Assembly: GCA_000505065.1 (NCBI GenBank)
Contig: AWSN01000001.1
Span: 385 to 64,384, forward strand
Origin: Parcubacteria bacterium RAAC4_OD1_1
GTDB taxonomy: Bacteria > Patescibacteriota > Minisyncoccia > Phycocordibacterales > UBA9973
Direction: 5' to 3'
DNA length: 64,000 nt
Each line of letters begins with the position of its first letter. Positions within the stretch are counted from its first letter, which is position 1. Positions 29,819 to 39,300 of the stretch are shown in pieces. The notes beneath the pieces were generated by a model. The model made no database searches, was not told the DNA's origin, and worked only from the letters and a program-made list of their open reading frames with translations. The position numbers were made by a program, and so were the translations under genes.

Positions 29819-32803
29819 ATGACTAATAAAGATTTTGAAAAAAAGATTTCTCTACTTAACGAAAGACAGAGAGAAGCTGTAGAGGCTATCGAAGGCCCTG
29901 TGATGGTGGTGGCAGGCCCTGGAACTGGAAAGACAGAAATCCTTTCTCTTCGAATTGGAAATATTTTAAAAAATACTGACACTCCACCAGAATCTATTCT
30001 TTGTCTTACTTTTACAAATTCAGGTGTTTCTGCTATGAAAGAAAGGCTTGAAAGATATATTGGGAAAAGAGGTAGAGAAGTGACTATTTCTACATTTCAT
30101 GCTTTTTCAATATCTCTTATTGAAAAGTATTATGACTTGCTTGATTTTAAGAAAATTCCTGAATTACTTTCAGATGAAGACGCAATTTTCCTTGTGGATG
30201 ATATTCTAAACGAAAATGAATGGGAATATATAAGCCCACTTTCAAACAGGGTAACTTATTTTGGAGAATTAAAACACCTAGTTTCTAATTTAAAAAGAGA
30301 AAGAATTTCCGCAGATACTTTTATGTCTTATATTGATATGGATATTAATGATTTGAAAAATAATCCTGATAGTATATCGACAAGGGGAGATAGTAAGGGT
30401 GAATTTAAAAAAGAAGTTTTGAAAAAGATTGAATCATTAGAAAGAACTAAAGAAGTTGTAGAATTTTATAAGATTTATGAAGACAAGAAAAAGGCAAATT
30501 CTCTAATGGATTATGATGATGTGCTTGATTATGCAGTTTCTTTGGTAGAAAATTTCTCTAATGTGAGAGATGATATTCGTGAGGAGTATCTTTATATACT
30601 TGTAGATGAACATCAAGATTCTAGTGGAGTTCAAAATGATTTTATAAAAGCAATCTGGAGTGGTGTTGAATCCCCAAATATATTTGTGGTGGGGGATGAT
30701 CGCCAGCTTATATATGGATTTTCTGGAGCCAACATTTCTTATTTTGAAGATTTTTCACATATTTTTGGTAAACCAAAACTTATAGTTTTAAATGAAAATT
30801 ATCGCTCGACAGAGCAAATACTTTCTTTGGCTGATGATATTTTACAAAGTTCTATAGCGAAAGAAAAATTAAATAGTAACTTGGGTAAAGGGCAGAAGAT
30901 AAGACTCGGAGAATACTTTTATCCTCGAGATGAGATAATAAGTGCAGGAATTTATTTTAAAGAAAAAATAAATGAAGGAGTAGATCCTAATGAATGTGCG
31001 CTTCTTGTGCCTAGGAATAGCCATGTAAAAACTGCAATAGAGATACTTATAAATATGGGACTTCCTGTTGCGTCTGATTCAAATCTCTCACTTTTTTCTC
31101 AAGTAGAATCAGATTATTTAAAGAGGTTAATGAGAGTAATTACCAATCCTTTTGATTCTCTTTCACTTTCAAAAACTTTATTAGATGAAACAAGTGGAAT
31201 AGAAAAGCTAGAAGCTCTCACTTATTTAAAAGAAAATAAAGGAGAAGAATTGAATATTGATAAACTTTTGTCTTCTAAAAAAGAAGGATTATTTGGGGAG
31301 GATAATAGTATTTATCGTTTCGGTAAAAAATTAGAAAATTGGATTAATTCTTTGAAGGGAGAAAAATTGAGCAACATTGTAAATATTTTGGGTAATGATC
31401 TTCTTGTTAAAACTTCAAAAAATAATAATGAACTTTTAAATAGAGTAGAAATTGTGAGGAGTTTTATTCATTTAGCCATTATGTTTGAAGAAAAGAATAA
31501 GAAAATTGATTTATCTTCTTTTGTAGAATATTTAGATCGTTTGGAATCCTACAATACTCATATAGAGCTTGCAAAATTTGGTGGAGATGAGGGAATAAAA
31601 GTAATGACACTTCATAAATCAAAAGGTCTTGAATATGAAGCCGTTTGGATTGCTCATATGAATGAAGAGATACTTTTGTCTTCTAAAAAAGGAGGTTTTA
31701 CTTTACCAGAAAAAATTAAAGAGAGAATGTCATTACGGAATATAGAGGATGCAAAAAGAGAGCTTTATGTAGCTATTACAAGAGCAAAAAAAATGTGCAA
31801 TATCTCATACTCTCGTGAAGGATATAATGGTGGAGATCTTGAGTTGCTTTCAATAATTAGAGATTTGCCTGATGTACATTTTGATAAGATGTCAGCTAAA
31901 GAAAATGAAGATAAAATTCTTTCCCTTGGGGCAGATATTTATACCAAGTTTGATAGGATCAAATTTGAAGGTAATGAAATAGATGAAGTTAAAAATTTAG
32001 TAAAGAAAAATTATGAAAGTATGAGAGTTTCGGTTTCGATGCTTAATAATTTCTTTGAATGCCCTTGGAAGTGGTACTTTAGAAATTTTCTTAAACTTCC
32101 AGAAGAAAAGCCAATGCATTTAGCTTTAGGGACGGTGGTGCATGCTATGATTGAGTTTGTTTTGAAATCCGATGATTTTCCTAAAGAAAATGAACTGAAA
32201 TTAAAAATAGAAAAAGAATTTAAAAAAGAAGGCATAGAAAATAAAATTGATTTAAAAAGACTTTCAAAAAAGGCTGAAATTGCAATAACAGAATGGATAA
32301 ATAATTATTATAAAAAATTAAATAAAGATTATAAATCAGAAAGGTCTGTGTCTGTATCCTCAAAAGAATTTCCCAATCTTACAATGTATGGCAAGATTGA
32401 CCTTACAGAATATCTGGGTGATAGAGAAATAATGGTGACAGATTTTAAAACAGGAAATTCAAAAACTAAAAATATGATAGAGAAGATAAGTGAGGATGGA
32501 AGGATGTCTGACTTAATGCGTCAACTGGCAATGTATTCATATCTTTTAGAAGGGGATGAAAAGAATGTAAGAGTTGTAAAATCAAGACTGCTATTTCTAG
32601 AAGAAGATATAGAAAATAAAAATGCATTATACGAGACATTAATAGATCAAGAAAAAATTGATTTATTAAAGAGAGATATAAAGGATTACGATGAATCTTT
32701 GAAAAGTGGTGAATTTGTAAACAATGAATGTCATTTTAAGCCATACGGTTCTCTAAATAATGAATGTGAATACTGCAAACTCGCTAACCAACTATTTCAG
32801 TAA
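29819..32803 (+). CDS. UvrD/REP-family helicase with a C-terminal PD-(D/E)XK nuclease
   Basis: AGPGTGKT, VDEHQD, VGDDRQ, NYRS, TLHKSKGLE, YVAITRA; GKID...DFKTG, QLAMY and a Cys cluster. Confidence 0.92.
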   Translation: MTNKDFEKKISLLNERQREAVEAIEGPVMVVAGPGTGKTEILSLRIGNILKNTDTPPESILCLTFTNSGVSAMKERLERYIGKRGREVTISTFHAFSISLIEKYYDLLDFKKIPELLSDEDAIFLVDDILNENEWEYISPLSNRVTYFGELKHLVSNLKRERISADTFMSYIDMDINDLKNNPDSISTRGDSKGEFKKEVLKKIESLERTKEVVEFYKIYEDKKKANSLMDYDDVLDYAVSLVENFSNVRDDIREEYLYILVDEHQDSSGVQNDFIKAIWSGVESPNIFVVGDDRQLIYGFSGANISYFEDFSHIFGKPKLIVLNENYRSTEQILSLADDILQSSIAKEKLNSNLGKGQKIRLGEYFYPRDEIISAGIYFKEKINEGVDPNECALLVPRNSHVKTAIEILINMGLPVASDSNLSLFSQVESDYLKRLMRVITNPFDSLSLSKTLLDETSGIEKLEALTYLKENKGEELNIDKLLSSKKEGLFGEDNSIYRFGKKLENWINSLKGEKLSNIVNILGNDLLVKTSKNNNELLNRVEIVRSFIHLAIMFEEKNKKIDLSSFVEYLDRLESYNTHIELAKFGGDEGIKVMTLHKSKGLEYEAVWIAHMNEEILLSSKKGGFTLPEKIKERMSLRNIEDAKRELYVAITRAKKMCNISYSREGYNGGDLELLSIIRDLPDVHFDKMSAKENEDKILSLGADIYTKFDRIKFEGNEIDEVKNLVKKNYESMRVSVSMLNNFFECPWKWYFRNFLKLPEEKPMHLALGTVVHAMIEFVLKSDDFPKENELKLKIEKEFKKEGIENKIDLKRLSKKAEIAITEWINNYYKKLNKDYKSERSVSVSSKEFPNLTMYGKIDLTEYLGDREIMVTDFKTGNSKTKNMIEKISEDGRMSDLMRQLAMYSYLLEGDEKNVRVVKSRLLFLEEDIENKNALYETLIDQEKIDLLKRDIKDYDESLKSGEFVNNECHFKPYGSLNNECEYCKLANQLFQ

Positions 32804-32812
32804 ACTTGGGAG

Positions 32813-33554
32813 AACTTGGGAGCTCAGCTCCCAAGTTAAATGAAATAAAATTTTTATATAAATTATGAGAAATTTAAAATTTGCAAATAAAGAATATTAT
32901 CATATTTATAATAGAGGAACAGACAAAAGAGATATCTTTTTAGAGAAAGAAGATGTCTGGCGTTTTTATAAAAGTTTGATTTTACTGAATTCTGTAGAAA
33001 AGATAGGGAGTTTATATGAAAATTCATTTAAAAAGAAGAATAAAATTAAACTTGGGAGCTCAGCTCCCAAGTTAGTGAATATTGTGGCTTATTGTTTAAA
33101 TCAAAATCATTTTCATTTAATTTTAGAGCAAGTAGCTGATAATGGTATTTCAAAATTTATGCATCGCTTATCTACTGGATATACTAATTATTTTAATGAG
33201 AAAAATAAAAGGACCGGATCTTTATTTGAAGGGAGATATAAAGCTAAACATATATCTTCAAATGAATACTTACTTCATTTAGGGGTGTATGTGAATTTAA
33301 ATGATAGGGTACATAAAGGAATGAATAAGGAGTGGATGAAAGAATTACCCTTTTCTAGTTTTAATGAATATGTAAATAAAAATATAAAAGGTATATGTAA
33401 GAAAGATATAATTCTTGGTCAATTTAAAAATGAGAAAGATTTTATTAAATACTGTCTTGAAGTTTTGCCAATTATAAAAAAAAGAAAGGAAGATTTAAAA
33501 GAGTTCAAAAATATCTGTATAGAATAATCACTTGGGAGCTGAGCTCCCAAGTGA
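32813..33554. repeat. Three family A palindromes ACTTGGGAGCT-S-AGCTCCCAAGT around and inside the transposase
   Basis: Copies at 32813-32837, 33049-33073 (coding) and 33528-33554. Confidence 0.9.
32865..33527 (+). CDS. REP-associated tyrosine transposase (Y1/HUH, RAYT-like)
   Basis: YHIYNRG, IF, AYCL..NHFHL (HUH), YFN...R.GSLFEGRYK, YVNLN. Confidence 0.9.
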   Translation: MRNLKFANKEYYHIYNRGTDKRDIFLEKEDVWRFYKSLILLNSVEKIGSLYENSFKKKNKIKLGSSAPKLVNIVAYCLNQNHFHLILEQVADNGISKFMHRLSTGYTNYFNEKNKRTGSLFEGRYKAKHISSNEYLLHLGVYVNLNDRVHKGMNKEWMKELPFSSFNEYVNKNIKGICKKDIILGQFKNEKDFIKYCLEVLPIIKKRKEDLKEFKNICIE

Positions 33555-33606
33555 ATGGATTTTGGTGTAAATTTGAAAATAAGTTTAAAAATGCTATATT
33601 ATAAAG

Positions 33607-34329
33607 ATGGAAGAGGATATTAAAAAATATAAAAAAGGAAGTTTGCATCCACTCACACTAATAACCAATGAGGCAGTTTCTATATTTAAAGATCTTGGTT
33701 TTGTGGTAGAGGTGGGCCCTGAGCTCGAAGATGAATGGTATAATTTTGATGCACTTAATGTCCCTAAGGATCACCCAGCTCGTGATATGCAAGATACATT
33801 CTTTATTAAAGGTCAGAAAGAAAAAGTTCTTCGTACTCATACTTCGAATACCCAGATAAGATTTATGGAAGAATTAGTAAAGAGTGGAGGAGTGCCACCT
33901 TTTGCTATTGTTGTCCCCGGGAAAGTTTTCAGAAATGAATCAACGGATGTAACTCACGAGATGCAGTTTTATCAGATAGAGGGGCTTATGATAGGAGAAG
34001 ATATTTCTGTTGCTCATATGAAGGGTGTGCTTCTTGAATTTTTTAAAAGATTTTTTGATGGGGAAGAAGTAGATATTCGTTTGCGACCATCTTTCTTTCC
34101 TTTTGTGGAGCCAGGATTTGAAATAGATTTGAAGAAAGGAGATAAATGGATAGAGTTACTTGGTGCAGGAATGGTTCACCCAAATGTCTTAAAAAATTGT
34201 GGAATTGATGGGGAAAAATATCAAGGTTTTGCTTTTGGTATAGGACTCGACAGACTTATGATGATGAAGCTAAAAATTTCAGATGTTAGACTTTCTTATC
34301 AGGGAGATTTAAGACTTAATCAATTTTAA
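33607..34329 (+). CDS. pheS: Phenylalanine-tRNA ligase alpha subunit lacking the N-terminal arm
   Basis: GSLHPL, NFDALN..HPARDMQDTF, LRTHTS, FPFVEPG, GMVHP, FAFG.GLDR. Confidence 0.95.
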   Translation: MEEDIKKYKKGSLHPLTLITNEAVSIFKDLGFVVEVGPELEDEWYNFDALNVPKDHPARDMQDTFFIKGQKEKVLRTHTSNTQIRFMEELVKSGGVPPFAIVVPGKVFRNESTDVTHEMQFYQIEGLMIGEDISVAHMKGVLLEFFKRFFDGEEVDIRLRPSFFPFVEPGFEIDLKKGDKWIELLGAGMVHPNVLKNCGIDGEKYQGFAFGIGLDRLMMMKLKISDVRLSYQGDLRLNQF

Positions 34330-34332
34330 TTT

Positions 34333-36270
34333 ATGAAGATTAGTTACAATTGGCTTAAAAGATATATAAAAGAAATTCCAAAAGAAGAAGATTTAGTAAA
34401 TCTTATTACATTTAAAATTTGTGAATTGGAATCTGTGGAAAAATCACCAAATGGTGATACTGTTTTTGATATGAAAATTTTACCAGATAGGGCGCATGAT
34501 TTGCTTTCTCATTATGGTGTTGCCAAAGAAATTGCTGGGATTTTGGGGATAAATATAACAGAGATTGATCAGAATATTCATTCTGAGAGCACGAATATTT
34601 CCTTGCTAGGAAATAACTCTCTCCGGCCAAGTCGGCCTGCGCAAGGCTCTCCAGAAGAACATTCCGCTTCGCTTACTTCAGGATTTGAAGATTTAAAAAT
34701 TGACGTAGAATCTCCTTTATGTAGAAGATATATGGGGAGAATAATTAGAGATATTGAGATTGGAGAATCTCCTTTGTGGATGAAAGAATTGCTCGAAAGT
34801 GTGGGACAGAGAAGTATAAATAACATTGTAGATATAACAAATTTTATACTTTTTGACAAAGGACAACCAATTCATGCTTTTGATTTAGATAAACTAGAAA
34901 GTGAAAAATTAATAGTGAGAAATGCCAAAATTGGAGAGAAGATAAATTTGCTTTCATATGAAAATTTAGGTAAAGAAAGAATTGTAGAATTAAGTGAGAA
35001 TAATTTAATAATCGCAGATGAAAAAGACCCGGTGGCTATCGCCGGAGTAAAGGGTGGCACAAAAGCTGAAGTAGATAAAAATACTAAAAATATTTTGATA
35101 GAGGTGGCAAATTTTGATCCAGTCTCTGTAAGGAAAACTGCAAGAGGTTTTGGTATTCAGACCGATGCTGTAAAAAGATTTGAGAATGAAATTATTCCTG
35201 ATTGGTGTAGCCCTGTGATGAATGAAGTTTCTTCTTTAATATTGGAAACTTGTGAGAATGCAAAATTAGAAAATATTGTAGATTTATATAATGAGAAAAA
35301 AGAAGAGAGGAAAATCACTTTCAATAGAGGATACATATCTAAAGTTTTGGGAGTAGAAATTAAAAATGAAGAAATAGAGAAAATTTTAAAAAATTATAAT
35401 TACAAATATAACTTTTTGCACAAGTCCGACTTGTGCGAAGTTGATATGTGGGAGATGGTGGTGCCGAAAGAAAGATTAGATATTAGTGGTGGGCACGATA
35501 TGGCAGAAGAGATAGGTAGAGTTTATGGGTATGACAAAATAGCATCTGTTTTGCCTGATTTGAAACTAAATCATAAAGATAGTGATACTTGGACAAAAAT
35601 TTGTTTAGCTAAAAATAAACTTGTAGAAGATGGCTATAAAGAAGTAATGACTTATGCTTTGGTAGAAAAAGGAGAAGTCGAAATAATGGCTAGTGCTTCG
35701 GATAAAAATTTCTTACGTACAAATTTATTAGATGGACTTAATAAATCTTATGAATTAAATAGACTCAATGCTCCGTTTTTAGAAATGCCAGAAATTAAAA
35801 TTTTTGAAGTTGGGACTGTGTTTACAAAAGATGGAGAAGAAATGCGTGTGGCTTATGTTGATAAAAAAAATAAAATTGAGATGAGTTTGGATAAATTTAT
35901 AGAAAAAGAATTTTCATCAGATTTTTTGCGGGAAAAGGCCTTGCCTTTAGAATCCCCAAGGCAAGGCCTTGAGGAGCAAAAAACTTTCAAGCTCTGGAGT
36001 AATTATCCATTCATAACGCGTGATGTCGCTGTGTGGGTGTCTACAGAAAAAGATGGAGAAGAACTTTATAAAATATTAAAAGAAAATGGGGGAGAATTGC
36101 TTATAAAAGATCCATACCTTTTTGATAAATTTACAAAAGGTGAAAAAACTTCATATGCATATCGATTAATTTTTCAATCTTATGATAGAACTTTGAATGA
36201 TGATGAAATAAATGAAATTTTGAATAGAATTTATGAGAAAATTAAACTAAATGGATGGGAGATAAGATAA
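34333..36270 (+). CDS. pheT: Phenylalanine-tRNA ligase beta subunit (no B2 domain; palindromic insertions)
   Basis: MKISYNWL, NNIVDITN, GQPIHAFD, EEIGRVYGY, C-terminal FDX-ACB domain. Confidence 0.93.
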   Translation: MKISYNWLKRYIKEIPKEEDLVNLITFKICELESVEKSPNGDTVFDMKILPDRAHDLLSHYGVAKEIAGILGINITEIDQNIHSESTNISLLGNNSLRPSRPAQGSPEEHSASLTSGFEDLKIDVESPLCRRYMGRIIRDIEIGESPLWMKELLESVGQRSINNIVDITNFILFDKGQPIHAFDLDKLESEKLIVRNAKIGEKINLLSYENLGKERIVELSENNLIIADEKDPVAIAGVKGGTKAEVDKNTKNILIEVANFDPVSVRKTARGFGIQTDAVKRFENEIIPDWCSPVMNEVSSLILETCENAKLENIVDLYNEKKEERKITFNRGYISKVLGVEIKNEEIEKILKNYNYKYNFLHKSDLCEVDMWEMVVPKERLDISGGHDMAEEIGRVYGYDKIASVLPDLKLNHKDSDTWTKICLAKNKLVEDGYKEVMTYALVEKGEVEIMASASDKNFLRTNLLDGLNKSYELNRLNAPFLEMPEIKIFEVGTVFTKDGEEMRVAYVDKKNKIEMSLDKFIEKEFSSDFLREKALPLESPRQGLEEQKTFKLWSNYPFITRDVAVWVSTEKDGEELYKILKENGGELLIKDPYLFDKFTKGEKTSYAYRLIFQSYDRTLNDDEINEILNRIYEKIKLNGWEIR

Positions 36271-36288
36271 ATCCCCACATCATCAAAG

Positions 36289-36297
36289 TTATCCACA
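36289..36297 (+). promoter_or_regulatory. DnaA box
   Basis: TTATCCACA, perfect consensus. Confidence 0.5.
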
Positions 36298-36302
36298 ATT
36301 TT

Positions 36303-36351
36303 TATCAAAATCACCATCAAAATCTATATGATTTTGATGGTGATTTTGATA
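36303..36351. repeat. Perfect 22-bp-arm palindrome over the giant-gene promoter region
   Basis: tatcaaaatcaccatcaaaatc-tatat-gattttgatggtgattttgata. Confidence 0.8.
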
Positions 36352-36368
36352 TAATATAATTGTATTTT

Positions 36369-39300
36369 ATGTTCAAAAAAGATAACAAATTAAAAGAAAA
36401 AATAAGTAAAATATTGCCACGTTTTTCTGTGCATTATGTTGCTTATTCTGTCTCATTTCTTTTTGTTGTTTTTTCTATTATTCACATTGTGTCTGCTACG
36501 ACTCCAAACCCAGGGCATCCTTGGAGTGAACTTGGTGATGGAGTCTTTTCTGTGACTTACAATCAGACTGCTCCACGTACTTATACATTTCCAGATGCAA
36601 ACGCAACTGTACTTACTACCAATGCCCCTGTGACTGTGGCTCAGGGAGGGACAGGACTTACAACAATTGCATCAGGATCAATCCTTGGTGCTAATTTAGC
36701 AAACACACTTTCTGCCATCACTTCTACAACAGGGACAAAAGTTCTTACAAATACAGATGGAACAATTAGTTGGGAAAATGAGCCAGACTCTATGGTTTAC
36801 CCATCTGCTGGGATTGCGGTTTCTACTGGCTCTGCATGGGGGACATCGATCACATCATCATCTCTATTAATTTCAAATATTTCAGATGAAGTTGGAACCG
36901 GGTATTTAGTCTTTAATGATTCACCATCTTTCACAACAAAAATTACAACACCACTTATACTCGGTGGAACTTCTACTACACAAGATTTATCTTTCCAAAC
37001 AACATCTGGTATTGGAGCAACAGGTGCTGATATGCATTTCAAAGTAGGGAATAATGGAGCAACTGAAGCGATGACGATTTTGAATAATGGGTATGTGGGA
37101 ATCGGGACGACGGGGCCAAGCGATAAGTTATCTGTAATAGGAGGAAATATTGCAATAGATGCTAGTTCAAAAATATATAATGGATCAGCTGCGGATAGTG
37201 CCGGTATAAGATTTCCAAGTTCTGTTACAGATATTGCTGGTTATAATGGAATAATATTTAGATCTAGCACAGTCGGAATAGCATCACAGACAGAAAGAAT
37301 GAGAATAACAAATACTGGCTCCGTCGGTATTGGGACGACGGCACCTACAGCGGTACTTCACCTAAAAGCAGGAACTGCAACAGCGGGAACTGCACCGCTT
37401 AAATTAACAAGCGGAGTAAATTTAACAACAGGAGAAGCAGGGGCAATGGAATACGATGGTGTAGAATTATATTTCACACCAAGTGGAACAACAAGAGAAA
37501 CTATTGCATATCTTTCTGATCTAACATCTGGATTAACTGGATATGTACCTTATACTGGTGCAACTACAAATGTAGATTTAGGGGTTCATAACTTAACTGT
37601 TGATACAAATACTTTGTTTGTTGATTCTGTGAATCATAGGGTGGGAGTGGGGACGACGACGCCAACTTATCTTTTGACTTTGAAAAGTCCAGCTTCTAAT
37701 ACAATATCTTTTTCTCTTGAAAAAACAGGAGCAACAACAACACCAGCATTGACTGCTTACGAGGGTTCTTCAACTCAAGGAGTAATGAATTTTTATGATA
37801 ACGGAAGTGCAATAGGAGCAAAAATACAAGGATATGGTGATTCATATTTTAACGGCGGCAACGTCGGAATTGGAACGACCTCTCCATTCTCTCCTGCATC
37901 AATAAATAAAGTGTTGAATATATACAAAGATACTGGTAGTGTTGGTCTTAATTTATCCGTTGGTCTTGAAGATTACGAAATAGCAAACGTTGCTGGTGAT
38001 TTGTGGTTTATAGATGATAATTCTACAAAAATAGTTGTAAAGAATACATCTGGCAACCTCCTCATTAACACTACAACCGACAACGGAGTTGACAAATTGC
38101 AGGTTAACGGCTCATTATCCACAGTAGGAAATGTGAGAGTTAATAAAAGAACAGATGCTTATAGGTATGTTGATATTTATAGTGATAATGTATATGGGTA
38201 TATACAAGTTAAAAGAGGAGATACAGATGCTGTAAGAGAATTAATTTTACAACCATCTGGTAGTTCTGTCGGTATCGGCACCACATCTCCCACCGCTGTA
38301 CTTCACCTAAAAGCTGGTACAGCCACCGCAGGCACTGCACCACTTAAACTAACAAGCGGAGTAAATTTAACAACAGGAGAAGCAGGAGCAATGGAATACG
38401 ATGGGACGGATCTTTTCTTTACCCCATCTACCACAAGAGAGACAGTAGCATTCTTGAGCGACATTACGGCTTCTGCTCATAATCCCGTCACTCTAGGTAC
38501 AGCAAACGGTCTCTCACTATCTACTCAACAACTCTCTTTAGCTCTAGCTTCTACTTCTACAACCGGTGCTCTTTCTTCTACAGACTGGAATACATTTAAC
38601 AACAAACAAGCAACTCTAGTATCTGGAACAAACATTAAAACAATCAACAGTGCTTCACTTCTAGGTAGTGGAGATATCGCTTTACAAACTCCACTTGTCG
38701 CTGATACTGATTACTTAACTCCAGGGACAGCAAGTTCTACGTATGCTCTTGCAACTAATGGTACATATTATATAGAAGGAACGGGGACTGTCGCTGGGAC
38801 ATGGCTCGGAAGTCATCCAAATATAACTTCGTATTATGATGGTTTGACTGTTCGATACTACACACCAATTGCTGGAGCTGCTACAACAACTTTAAATATA
38901 AATAGTCTTGGGGCCAAAACTATTTATTATGCTGGTGCAACCAAACTCACTACTCATTACCCAGCTTTGTCTGTTATTACTTTGACTTATTCTGCAACAC
39001 AAAATGGAGGGTCTTGGTTTGTTCAACCTTTTTATGCTGATGGGAATGAATCTTATACAGTTAGATGGAGCTCTACTCTTCAAGCCGGAGCTCCTATCTA
39101 TGATTACAAATTGGTAATGTTTGGAGCAAGTGATGGAAAAGTTTATCCTTTAACATTAGAAACAGGAACGGCTACAACGAAAACAGTTTCTAGTGTTGAA
39201 TTCAATCCAATGTCACCAGTTTTGTATTATGGTTCTACTACTGATATTGCTCTTGATGGAACATCTGCTTCTTATTGGTATGAAGGTGTGACTTCTGCTA

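Noticed and set aside
36289-36297. Replication origin
   Set aside because: Only isolated DnaA boxes; no cluster and no dnaA or dnaN nearby
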